A DNA stretch of 44,403 nt from an uncultured Clostridia bacterium (GTDB lineage: Bacteria; Bacillota; Clostridia; Christensenellales; UBA1242): NCBI GenBank assembly GCA_947089305.1, contig CAMUJQ010000001.1, forward strand, positions 1 through 44,403. Reading direction: 5' to 3'. Shown here piece after piece: positions 18,022 to 27,244 of this stretch. The position numbers were made by a program, and so were the translations under genes. Each line of letters opens with the position of its first letter. Position 1 is the stretch's first letter. The notes below the pieces were generated by a model. That model worked only from the letters and a program-made list of their open reading frames with translations, did not search any database and was not told the DNA's origin.

Positions 18022-18093
18022 AACAAGATTATAGCAAAATTAATGTTTTTCTCCAAACAAAAAAAAGGCCACTTTTGAGTGGCTTTTTATTTT

Positions 18094-18804
18094 TTAAATT
18101 ATTTCAAAAACGGCTTTTATTGTTGCTGTTACAGAATAATCGCCTTTTTCTATTGCATTTGTGCTTTCTGATAAAGCAGAACCTGCATATACTCTAGCAA
18201 GTGAACAAACAGGTGCATAGTTTTCTTCTGTTAATTTTTTTAATCTATATTGTTTCCCACCAGCAATTGCAGCAACTTTACTTTCTGCATTTGCAAGAGC
18301 GCTTGCTAAGGCTTCATTATAAGCCTTTTCATGATTTGTTAAACTAAATGTAACTCCGCTAACAGTTGTAATTCCTGCTTCAGTTAAGGATGAAAGTAAA
18401 GCTGAAATGTCTCTATCTGCACTTGTTGAAAAGCTTAACATATTAGAAACTTGATAACCTATAAACTCTTCTCCTTGTTGATAGTTATAACGTCTATACA
18501 TATTATAGTTTGCCGTTTTAATGTTTTCACGTTTAATGCCATTTCCAACTAAAATATTTATAATTTCATTTACCTTTGTACGATTTTCACTTTCTGCAAC
18601 ACTTGCATCTTCATTTCTAGTATCAACACCAACTGTAACTGTAACAGTATCAGGTGCCACTTTAATTTCTGAGCTTCCTATAACAATTATTTCTCCGCTA
18701 GAAATTTCTGGTGCTGCAAACACCGTTTTGTTCGTTTTTGGAATACATACAAGTGTTCCAATCATTAGTAATAAACAAATAGCACTAATAAAAAATTTTT
18801 TCAT
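18094..18804 (-). CDS. SIMPL domain-containing secreted protein (DUF541)
   Basis: It has a signal peptide and an IKVAPDTVTVTVGV pattern. Length and the alternating beta pattern fit SIMPL/26-kDa periplasmic immunogenic proteins. Confidence 0.7.
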   Translation of the reverse strand: MKKFFISAICLLLMIGTLVCIPKTNKTVFAAPEISSGEIIVIGSSEIKVAPDTVTVTVGVDTRNEDASVAESENRTKVNEIINILVGNGIKRENIKTANYNMYRRYNYQQGEEFIGYQVSNMLSFSTSADRDISALLSSLTEAGITTVSGVTFSLTNHEKAYNEALASALANAESKVAAIAGGKQYRLKKLTEENYAPVCSLARVYAGSALSESTNAIEKGDYSVTATIKAVFEII

Positions 18805-18903
18805 AAAAATATCCCCCCTAGAACTAGATTGTGCATTGTAAAAAAAAATATTTATAAAAAGTATAAATATTTTATTTTTTTATAAAACAATTTTTTACAT
18901 TTA

Positions 18904-19458
18904 CTATCTATCAAAGTGGAGTGTTAAAAATCTACTTAAAAAATATTTATAATCATCACTATGATTCATAAAAGCATCTGAATATAAAAGTTGTTTAAAA
19001 TCTTTTATATTAATCCATTTAACTTCACTGACTTCTTCAACCTGCAAGGTCATATCTTTTATATCTTTATCAGTCTTAACAATAAATTGTTCTGTTAATT
19101 CATTCATCTCTTCATGAATCAATTCTCCAACATAAATAAAATCGCCTGGTTTAACTTTAAGCCCAAGTTCTTCAAAGGTTTCTCTTTCACACGCTGTTAA
19201 TATACTTTCGCCCGATTCAATATGCCCCGCACATGCAATATCCCATCTATTTGGACAAGTTGGTTTACAAGCTGCGCGCTTTTGAATTAAAAGTTCATTG
19301 TTTTCATTAATAAACCAAACATGAACAACTTTATGAAAAACACCCGCATTCTTCTTATGCGATTTTTTCCTTTCAATAGTTCCCACATAATTCCCTTGCT
19401 TATCAAATGCATCTAAAACTTCATCTGTAACTAACATACAAGAAATAGTATAGCACAC
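18904..19458 (-). CDS. NUDIX hydrolase
   Basis: The Nudix box GHIESGESILTACERETFEELGL fits GX5EX7REUXEEXGU. Confidence 0.88.
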   Translation of the reverse strand: MCYTISCMLVTDEVLDAFDKQGNYVGTIERKKSHKKNAGVFHKVVHVWFINENNELLIQKRAACKPTCPNRWDIACAGHIESGESILTACERETFEELGLKVKPGDFIYVGELIHEEMNELTEQFIVKTDKDIKDMTLQVEEVSEVKWINIKDFKQLLYSDAFMNHSDDYKYFLSRFLTLHFDR

Positions 19459-19509
19459 TAATTTAATTTTACAAACAAAAAAACCTTTTTTGTAAAAAGG
19501 CTTTTTTTA

Positions 19510-19893
19510 TTATATTTTTGTGTGCTTTTTGAATACTTCTGCTGAGTTATCATTACCTTTTAGCATTCTCCAATTTAATTGATGTTCTGCCATGCTGTCT
19601 CGAACACCCATATCAATTCTATTAAATTCAAGTTTTGCTGGAATTTTTTCATTATTTGCTTCATATTCCACATCTTCCAATTTTAAGAAATCCAAACCAT
19701 GAGTTACAATCCCTGCGTTTACATAATTTCTTATATCAGCAACAACTTTTTTAAAATTATTTAAAACTCTTGCTGAAATCCAAAGTTTTCCATAACCTCT
19801 GAAAAACTGATCGCCTTCAGCCTCTGCATGCATTACATTGTGAAAATCAAAAGGTACTGGAACATTTTTATCTTTAAAAGCTTCATTTATCAT
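19510..19893 (-). CDS. hypothetical protein, 127 aa
   Basis: ORF with RBS AGGAGAA, its own TTGAAA-16-TATAAT promoter, and a CCTTTTT-TGT-AAAAAGG terminator at 19484-19500. I recognised no family. Confidence 0.6.
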   Translation of the reverse strand: MINEAFKDKNVPVPFDFHNVMHAEAEGDQFFRGYGKLWISARVLNNFKKVVADIRNYVNAGIVTHGLDFLKLEDVEYEANNEKIPAKLEFNRIDMGVRDSMAEHQLNWRMLKGNDNSAEVFKKHTKI

Positions 19894-20048
19894 TTGTTTT
19901 CTCCTATACTATTATTATAATCTTTTTATTAACTTTTTCAATAGTTTTTTAAAATTTTTTATAAGTATAACAAATTTCTAAATAAAATAAGCATTTTTCA
20001 AACTGATTTTATAGTGTCAAATAAAAAAATCGTTTTTTACCTAAACGA

Positions 20049-20471
20049 TTATTTTAGTTTAACAGTTTTTATTGCTGTTTCAATTTTATCTAAACTTTTC
20101 CACGAATCATAAAAATCTTTTACTACATTTCCACTGGCCTTATCTGGTCGTTTTGCTGGACCATATTCTATGGCTCCCATACCACGAATTACTCCATTAA
20201 ATTTTAAATAAGTTAATTCAAAGCCTCTTTTATTTGTTGCTTCTTTTAACATATCAAGTTGAGAACTTGCTGTTGCCAAAATAAATTCCTCTTGAAAATT
20301 TCTAACAACTTCTTCAAAACAATCATATAAATAGCCATCCAAGCGTTCTTTTGTCATTTTCTTTTTTAAAATAGCCTCATAACATCCGCTAATTAAAAAG
20401 CCTTTATATAATTTATTGGAATCAAAAATATTAATAGCCGCAGTAAAATTTAAAAAATGCTTATCTTTCAT
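20049..20471 (-). CDS. hypothetical protein, 140 aa
   Basis: ORF starting 4 nt after the stop of the disrupted ORF upstream. An ATCGTTT/AAACGAT terminator follows it. I recognised no family. Confidence 0.6.
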   Translation of the reverse strand: MKDKHFLNFTAAINIFDSNKLYKGFLISGCYEAILKKKMTKERLDGYLYDCFEEVVRNFQEEFILATASSQLDMLKEATNKRGFELTYLKFNGVIRGMGAIEYGPAKRPDKASGNVVKDFYDSWKSLDKIETAIKTVKLK

Positions 20472-20474
20472 TCT

Positions 20475-20815
20475 TTATTTCCTTTTAATATTTGCTTTAC
20501 TTTCCCCTGCTTTGCTTTTTTGCATTTTATCTATTTGACATTCTTTTATAATAAAATCATTAAAACTAAAGTCCACATTGTAAACTAAACAAAGCTCGTT
20601 AAGAATATCTAATTGTTTTGTTGTTGTTGCGTTTAAAAAAGTTTTACCCTTATTAATTATTGCTTTTTCAACAACTCGCTTTGCTTTTTTGCTTAAATTT
20701 TCGTTTCTTTCTCCTAATACAACAAATGCCCTATTGCATAAACTTTAAATAAACTTTCACTTCTCGAACTAGAAAACTCACTATTAATTACATATTTATA
20801 ATTTATAAATTGCAT
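20475..20815 (-). pseudogene. frameshifted small ORF of unknown function
   Basis: A GGAGG RBS 5 nt before ATG 20815 opens a 33-codon frame ending at TAG 20714-20716. A second frame, open from 20738 to the TAA at 20475-20477, encodes about 87 more residues. That second frame has no ATG, GTG or TTG until a GTG 33 codons before its stop. Confidence 0.5.
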
Positions 20816-20881
20816 AAAATCCTCCAAGGCCATACAAGTATAGCATAGTGAGAATTTTAATTCAATGTTTTTTGCCAACAT

Positions 20882-22039
20882 TTATTTTTTATTTACTAAA
20901 AGTTTATATAAAGTTTGCTCAAAATTAAATTTTGTTTGTAATTCTTCAACTTCTTTTAACATTTTTGTTTTGACATGCTCTGGAATATTTGTTTTTGTTG
21001 CCCTAATTAATAAATTTTTTGGAGTAAAGTCAAAATCAACAAATTCAATTAGTTCAACTTTATATCCCGAATACTCAAGCAAATTACAACGTATTATATC
21101 TGTAAATAAACTTGATATTCTTTCTTTAGCAATTCCATATCGTGTTATTATGTTAAAAGTTTCAGAATTAATTTGACTTGCAACTTCATGCTGGCAACAA
21201 GGCACTGAAAAAATCATTTTTGCATTCCATTTGATGGCATTGTATAAAGCAAAATCAGTTGCAGTGTTACAAGCGTGCAAGGTAATAATTATATCTACAT
21301 CAAATTTAGGACTATAATTTTTTATATCGCCAACAACAAAATTTAAATTAGTGTATCCATATTTTTTTGCTGCCAAATTACATTCTTTTATTACATTTTC
21401 TTTTAAATCAAGTCCTACAATGTTAACATCAATATTTTTAATAAACTTAAAATAATAATAAACTATAAAAGTTAAATAGCTTTTTCCACAACCAAAATCT
21501 ATTATATTTACCTTTGTTAAATTTTCCTTTTTTATTTTATCGTCAATTAACTCAATAAATCTATTAATTTGCCTAAACTTAGCTTGCATTGAAGAAACCA
21601 CTTTACCTTCTTTTGTAAATATCCCCATATCTATTAATGGCAAAACTTTTGTTCCTTCTTCTATTAAATAATTCTTTTGGCGATTATGCGTTTCTTTAGT
21701 TTTCAATTTTAAATTTAAATTTTTGTTCTTTGAATAAAACAATTTTCCATTTTTAGTGGAATGAATGCTATATTCAAAAGTTTCTGTCCACAAATTAATT
21801 TGTTTATATTCTTCTAAATAATTCAATAATTTAGCTTTCAACTCATTTTTATTAAAGCTTGAATGTATAACTTTTGTAGCCAAATATGCGCTTGCATTAT
21901 ACTTATTTTGAATAAGTTCTATTGCAACCTTATCATATTTTACTTCTTTGTTAATTTTGCTGCTTGTAACAATTTTAATTGGTTCGCTATTTATAGTCAT
22001 ATCTAAAAAAATTAAAAAATCTTCTTCAAATGCTCTCAT
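20882..22039 (-). CDS. class I SAM-dependent methyltransferase
   Basis: 385 aa. Motif [12 protein letters not shown] and motif II-like VGLDL are followed by a VVGDI acidic loop. The N-terminal domain of about 150 aa is of unknown role. Confidence 0.75.
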   Translation of the reverse strand: MRAFEEDFLIFLDMTINSEPIKIVTSSKINKEVKYDKVAIELIQNKYNASAYLATKVIHSSFNKNELKAKLLNYLEEYKQINLWTETFEYSIHSTKNGKLFYSKNKNLNLKLKTKETHNRQKNYLIEEGTKVLPLIDMGIFTKEGKVVSSMQAKFRQINRFIELIDDKIKKENLTKVNIIDFGCGKSYLTFIVYYYFKFIKNIDVNIVGLDLKENVIKECNLAAKKYGYTNLNFVVGDIKNYSPKFDVDIIITLHACNTATDFALYNAIKWNAKMIFSVPCCQHEVASQINSETFNIITRYGIAKERISSLFTDIIRCNLLEYSGYKVELIEFVDFDFTPKNLLIRATKTNIPEHVKTKMLKEVEELQTKFNFEQTLYKLLVNKK

Positions 22040-22596
22040 TTTATTTCTTCCTTTTGTTCCTTTATTAAAATTTCTATTTCTTTTTTCTGCTTATTTTCAA
22101 TATAAAACTTAATTATAGAAACCACAATAACTAAGGATTCAATAAGGTTTAATAGCGCATTAGCATAGGTTTTACATAAAAAGGCATAGATAATAAGCAT
22201 AACTTGAGGAACCAAACATGTATATCGCATAATTTGCATATCTTTAATATAAAAACTAAAAGTAAATATTGTGGCTGTAATTATAGGAATAATATCAAGT
22301 AAACTATTTAAATAAATAACGCCAACAATAATATAACTTACAACAAAAATTGGTAAAAAGTATATAGCCTGTTTAAAATTATATTTTTCAGAAAAATATA
22401 AATATAAGCAACGCAAAATAGATATTAATGTTATTATACCTGCCCCATAAATATTTACAAATATATAACTTAATCCATAAAACAAATTAGCAATAATTTG
22501 AAAAATTAAAAAAAACTTTTTACTTTTAAAAAAGTAACTTACGCACACCAACAATAAGGCGATTATTCCAACAATTTGTGAAATTATAAAGTTCAT
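22036..22596 (-). CDS. YgjV-like inner membrane protein
   Basis: 186 aa with 5-6 TM segments. The N-terminal half resembles the YgjV family. It overlaps the methyltransferase start by 4 nt (ATGA). Confidence 0.45.
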   Translation of the reverse strand: MNFIISQIVGIIALLLVCVSYFFKSKKFFLIFQIIANLFYGLSYIFVNIYGAGIITLISILRCLYLYFSEKYNFKQAIYFLPIFVVSYIIVGVIYLNSLLDIIPIITATIFTFSFYIKDMQIMRYTCLVPQVMLIIYAFLCKTYANALLNLIESLVIVVSIIKFYIENKQKKEIEILIKEQKEEIK

Positions 22597-22667
22597 TAAT
22601 TAAATTATAACATATATTCACAATATTGTTTAGTTTTTCAATTTAAATTTAAAAAAAATCTACTTTA

Positions 22668-24725
22668 TTAAGTAGACTTTTTTTTATTTGGATTGTAACT
22701 TAAAGCTCGCATACTATTTAATATTGCTAATAAAGTAACCCCTACATCGGCGAATACTGCAGCAAGCATTCCAGTAATACCAAAGGCCCCAAGCGCCAAA
22801 AATGCAATCTTAATTATTGCAGATAATATTATATTTTCCAAAACAATCTTTTTTGTAAATTTAGATATTTTTATTGCTGTAACAATTTTTTCTGGATTAT
22901 CATCAACTAACACAACGTCACTTGCCTCAATACTTGCAGGGCTCCCATTTATTCCCATGCTTATGCCAATGTTTGCAAGCGTTAAACTTGGTGCATCATT
23001 TATGCCATCGCCAACATATCCAACTGACTGTTTATTTTGTTGAAATTTTTTAATCAGTTCAAACTTTTCTTCTGGTAAAAGTTTAAAATAAGGTTGGTCT
23101 ATTTCTATAGCCTTCGCCACTTTTAAAACAGACTCTTCATTATCGCCTGATAATAAACAGGTTTTAATCCCCATTTGTTTTAAATGGTGTATTGTAGCTT
23201 TTGCTGTGTTTTTTATTGTGTCACTTAAAGTTATTTCTCCAATTTTTCTATTATCTTCATACACTTCAATTATTGTATTTTTTATTTCTTTATTTTTGCG
23301 ACCAATAAAATATTTATGTTTATTATAACTATATTCTAAACCTTCTCCTGCAATTTCTTTAACAGCTTTAATTGGCTCTCCTTCTTTATCACAAGCTTTT
23401 GTAATTGCCCTTGCAAGCGGATGAATAGAATATCTTTCTCCTAAAAATGCTAAATATAAAATATCTTCTTGAGTTTTTTTAGCATCTAAACTTTGGATAT
23501 TTGTAATTTCAAATTCCCCTGTTGTTAATGTTCCCGTTTTATCAAATGCCATTGTTGAAATTTTAGAACATTCATCTAAATAATTACTTCCTTTAATTAA
23601 AATGCCTTTTTTAGATGCATTGCCAAGCCCTGAAAAATAACTAAGAGGAACGGAAATTGCAAACGCACATGGACACGATATAACTAAAAATATAAGACCA
23701 CGATAAATTGCCGTGTTAAAGTTTTTTGTTACAGCCCACACTATTCCAAACACAATTATTGCAAGAGCAACTATTCCAAGTGTATACCATTTAGTTAATT
23801 TAGCTATAAATGTTTCAGTTTTAGATTTATGTTCGCTTGCTTTTTCCACCATGTTCATAATTTTGGAAATTGCACTTTCTTTATATTCACTTGTTGTTTT
23901 AATTTTAACAACACCATTTAAAGCAATTGAACCAGATAAAACTTTATCGTTTTTTTCTAATGAAACAGGAACGCTTTCCCCCGTTAAACTTTGCATGTTG
24001 AAATCACTTTTACCTTCAACAATTACTCCATCTATTGCAACTTTTTCACCAGGCTTAACAATTGTTAAACTATTAACTTTTACCTTAGCGGGTTCAACTT
24101 TTTCTTCTTCATTTTTATCATTAATTATAACTGCATATTCAGGTTGCAACTTTGCAAGTTTTTCAATTGCACGACGAGATTTATTAACAGCTAAGCCTTC
24201 AAATAATTTTCCTATATTATAAAGAGCAATAACCATTAACCCTTCTAAATGTTCACTTACAAAGGTTGCTCCAATAACTGAAATTGTTATTAATAAATTT
24301 TCATTTATAACACCTTTAAATAATTGAACAATAGCTTTATAATAAGTTTTATATCCAAGAATTAATGCTGTAACAACATACAATGTCCAATAAAGCGCTT
24401 TGATGCTGGATAAATCTACTAATAAAATTACTAAGCCAAGTGCAATTCCAACCAATAATGTTGATAAATCAAAATAAAATTGCTTATTTAAAATTTTATT
24501 TTGTTTTTTTGTTTTATCGAATATTTTTACATTAGGTTCAATTTTATTTGATAATTTAACAACTCTGTTTAAACCTTCTTCTACATCTTCACTTTCAAAA
24601 GTTAATAAACTTTTAACAAAATCAATTTTTGCGTTATTAATACCCTCAAGTTTGTTTATCTCCCCTTCAAGAGCTCTTGCACAATTTGGACAATCCAATC
24701 CTTCAATTTTTACACTTTTATTCAT
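22668..24725 (-). CDS. cadA: heavy-metal translocating P1B-type ATPase (Cd/Zn/Co type)
   Basis: It has an N-terminal HMA domain with CPNC, a TM CPC motif (SCPCAF), the phosphorylation site DKTGTLT, and the hinge GDGINDAP. The start was moved to ATG 24725 (MNKSVKIEG), 7 nt after GGAGA; the track ORF starts further upstream, inside cadC. Confidence 0.9.
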   Translation of the reverse strand: MNKSVKIEGLDCPNCARALEGEINKLEGINNAKIDFVKSLLTFESEDVEEGLNRVVKLSNKIEPNVKIFDKTKKQNKILNKQFYFDLSTLLVGIALGLVILLVDLSSIKALYWTLYVVTALILGYKTYYKAIVQLFKGVINENLLITISVIGATFVSEHLEGLMVIALYNIGKLFEGLAVNKSRRAIEKLAKLQPEYAVIINDKNEEEKVEPAKVKVNSLTIVKPGEKVAIDGVIVEGKSDFNMQSLTGESVPVSLEKNDKVLSGSIALNGVVKIKTTSEYKESAISKIMNMVEKASEHKSKTETFIAKLTKWYTLGIVALAIIVFGIVWAVTKNFNTAIYRGLIFLVISCPCAFAISVPLSYFSGLGNASKKGILIKGSNYLDECSKISTMAFDKTGTLTTGEFEITNIQSLDAKKTQEDILYLAFLGERYSIHPLARAITKACDKEGEPIKAVKEIAGEGLEYSYNKHKYFIGRKNKEIKNTIIEVYEDNRKIGEITLSDTIKNTAKATIHHLKQMGIKTCLLSGDNEESVLKVAKAIEIDQPYFKLLPEEKFELIKKFQQNKQSVGYVGDGINDAPSLTLANIGISMGINGSPASIEASDVVLVDDNPEKIVTAIKISKFTKKIVLENIILSAIIKIAFLALGAFGITGMLAAVFADVGVTLLAILNSMRALSYNPNKKKST

Positions 24726-25104
24726 TTTCATTCTCCAAAACGTGTTCCTTGCTAATTTCAAAAACTTCACATACATGACGATCTGCTAAACTATATAAAA
24801 CTTCTTTTCCAGCTTTTCTACTTTTAACTAGATTCATTTCTTTTAAATTTTGCAGTTGATGTGACACAGCTGATTTTGTCATATTAAGTAATGCTGAAAT
24901 ATCACAAACACAAAGTTCGCAAACATCCAATGCATTTATTATTTTTATTCGTGTGCTATCAGACAATGCTTTATAAAAATCTGCCATTGAAATTAAAATA
25001 TCATCATTTAGCATTAGTGCTTTTGCTTTTTCTACATGCTCTTTATGGATAACATTACAATCACATTCTTTTTTAGAAATACTACATCTACAAACATTTT
25101 CCAT
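24718..25104 (-). CDS. cadC: ArsR/SmtB family metalloregulator, CadC-like
   Basis: Winged HTH ELCVCDISALLNMTKSAVSHQLQNLKEMNLV with the CVC alpha3 metal site, plus N-terminal Cys residues (CRC, CDC). It overlaps the ATPase start by 8 nt. Confidence 0.85.
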   Translation of the reverse strand: MENVCRCSISKKECDCNVIHKEHVEKAKALMLNDDILISMADFYKALSDSTRIKIINALDVCELCVCDISALLNMTKSAVSHQLQNLKEMNLVKSRKAGKEVLYSLADRHVCEVFEISKEHVLENENE

Positions 25105-25117
25105 TTTTTCTCCCTAT

Positions 25118-25179
25118 AACAATTGAACGTCTATTCAATTGTTATTATTATAGTTGAACAATTATTCAATTGTCAACTA
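25118..25179. promoter_or_regulatory. two operator-like inverted repeats upstream of cadC
   Basis: AACAATTGAA-cgtcta-TTCAATTGTT lies at 25118-25143. TAGTTGAACAATT-attc-AATTGTCAACTA lies at 25151-25179 with one extra base in the left arm. They sit about 14-75 nt upstream of the cadC ATG. Confidence 0.6.
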
Positions 25180-25212
25180 AATTTAATAAAAAAATTCCTA
25201 AAATTAGGAATT

Positions 25213-27231
25213 TTAATATCTACTAAATTGTGAGTTATATAAATTATAATAAAAGCCTTTTTGTTCTAAAAGTTCTTTATGCGTTCCTTGCTCTATAATG
25301 TTGCCTTTATTCATAACTAAAATAACATCAGCAGAAGTAATTGTTGAAAGTCTATGTGCAACAACAAAACTTGTTTTGTTAACCATCATATTATTAAAGG
25401 CAATTTGAATTGCATTTTCTGTTCTTGTATCAACGTTACTTGTTGCCTCATCTAATATTAGCATTGGAGGTTTTGTTAACATGAGTCTTGCAATACAAAT
25501 AAGTTGCTTTTGACCTTGAGATAAATTGTCTCCACTTTCATTTATAATTGTATCGTAACCTTGTGGCATGGTTTCAATAAACTTATCAACACCAGCAAGC
25601 TTAGCCGCTTTTCTAATTTCAGCATCTGTTGCACCAAGTTTTCCATAAGCAATATTTTCTTTAACACTTGCAGCAAATAACCAAGTTTCTTGCAGCACCA
25701 TTCCATACTTATCGCGTAAACTTTGTCGTGTTACATTTCTAATATCTTGCTTTGCAATTTCAATTGAACCTTTATCGACATCATAAAAGCGCATCAGTAA
25801 GTTTATTAAAGTGCTTTTTCCGCAACCTGTTGGACCAACGATAGCCACCCGCTGGCCTTTTTTTACTTTTAGATTAAAATTTTGAATTAACTTTTTATCT
25901 TGAGTGTAAGAGAAATCTACATTATTAAAAGCAACCTCTCCTTTTTTCATTTGAAGAGTTGGCAAGCCCACATCACTTACTTCATTTTTAATATCCAACA
26001 CATTGAAAACACGAACGGCCGAGGCAATTGCTGCTTGTAAATCTGTAATAACATCTGCAATATCATTAAAAGGTCTTGAATATTTATTAGCAAAAGATAA
26101 AAATACTGAAATTGTACCTACTGAAATTGCACCTTTTAATGCAAATACACAACCCATTATAGCCACTATTGCATATAAGATACCATTTAAAAATCTTGTG
26201 ATAGGACCCGCAAGCGGCGAGTAAAAATATGCTTTATATTCAGACTCTTTTAGTTTTTTATTTATTTCATCAAACTTTTCAATTGAACGGTCTTCATACA
26301 AAAAGCCTTTAACAATTTTTTGGTTACCAACCATTTCAGATAAAGTTCCAGATAAATTTCCTAAGTCTTTAGCTTGTCTTTTAAAATGTTTGTGACATAA
26401 CTTTGAAATTATTAAAGATACAACTATTGAAATTGGCGTTAAACAAATAATCACGACTGATATTGTTATGTTTAATTTAAACATAAATATAATAGTTAAA
26501 ACTATTGTTCCAAGACAATCAAAGAAATCTGTGATTCCTGTAACAAAGCCTGTTGTAACTTGATCTACATCGTTAACCATACGGCTTTGTAAATCCCCAT
26601 GCGATGCATTATCAATATACTTTAGAGGAACTTTGTTAAATTTATTAAATATATCATTGTGTAAACGCTGTTCTACCCTATAAGATAACCCATTTGCTAT
26701 TCTTGCTGTTAACCATTTAAACACTGCATAACCTACAGCAGATATTCCAAGTGCCAGCATATATTTTAATATCATATTAAAATTTACATTGCCTGGCCCA
26801 ACAATAAAATCAATTCCATCACCAATAATTAATGGTATAGCGATTTCAAACACCGAGTTCATTAAACAACAAATTAAAATTAAAATTACTAAATACCAAT
26901 ATTTACTTAAGTATCCAAGCGAACGAAAAATTACTGGCTTATTTTTAGGTTTTTGAATGCTTGCAACTCTTTCAATTTTAACAACGTTTTTATCTGTAAT
27001 AATTGCAGTATCGAATAAATGTTCATTTTTATTTTCTTCGCCCTTTGTTATAACAGCTCTATCAAGAGAGGCTTGAATTGGGCGCGGAACATCAACTTCT
27101 TTAACGGGCTGAACTTTTTCAGGGTTGTTAAAAGATGGCTTAGGTAGCATAGCAATTGCTTTTTGCTTTTTTCTAAACTCTTTTTCTTCGGCTTTTGTTC
27201 TATTAACTTGTTCTTTTATTTTTTTAGCCAA
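25213..27231 (-). CDS. ABC exporter, fused permease/ATP-binding half-transporter
   Basis: A 6-TM exporter domain precedes an NBD with GPTGCGKST, LSQGQKQL and ILDEATS. There is an N-terminal Lys-rich extension of about 95 aa. Confidence 0.88.
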   Translation of the reverse strand: MAKKIKEQVNRTKAEEKEFRKKQKAIAMLPKPSFNNPEKVQPVKEVDVPRPIQASLDRAVITKGEENKNEHLFDTAIITDKNVVKIERVASIQKPKNKPVIFRSLGYLSKYWYLVILILICCLMNSVFEIAIPLIIGDGIDFIVGPGNVNFNMILKYMLALGISAVGYAVFKWLTARIANGLSYRVEQRLHNDIFNKFNKVPLKYIDNASHGDLQSRMVNDVDQVTTGFVTGITDFFDCLGTIVLTIIFMFKLNITISVVIICLTPISIVVSLIISKLCHKHFKRQAKDLGNLSGTLSEMVGNQKIVKGFLYEDRSIEKFDEINKKLKESEYKAYFYSPLAGPITRFLNGILYAIVAIMGCVFALKGAISVGTISVFLSFANKYSRPFNDIADVITDLQAAIASAVRVFNVLDIKNEVSDVGLPTLQMKKGEVAFNNVDFSYTQDKKLIQNFNLKVKKGQRVAIVGPTGCGKSTLINLLMRFYDVDKGSIEIAKQDIRNVTRQSLRDKYGMVLQETWLFAASVKENIAYGKLGATDAEIRKAAKLAGVDKFIETMPQGYDTIINESGDNLSQGQKQLICIARLMLTKPPMLILDEATSNVDTRTENAIQIAFNNMMVNKTSFVVAHRLSTITSADVILVMNKGNIIEQGTHKELLEQKGFYYNLYNSQFSRY

Positions 27232-27244
27232 TCTGTTTAAACTC

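Noticed and set aside
20743-20749. TTTAAAG heptamer in the disrupted small ORF, considered as a programmed -1 frameshift site
   Set aside because: The zero-frame phasing is TTT-AAA-G, not X-XXY-YYZ. The -1 frame has TAA overlapping the heptamer, so slipping there would terminate. An ordinary frameshift mutation or sequencing error is more likely.
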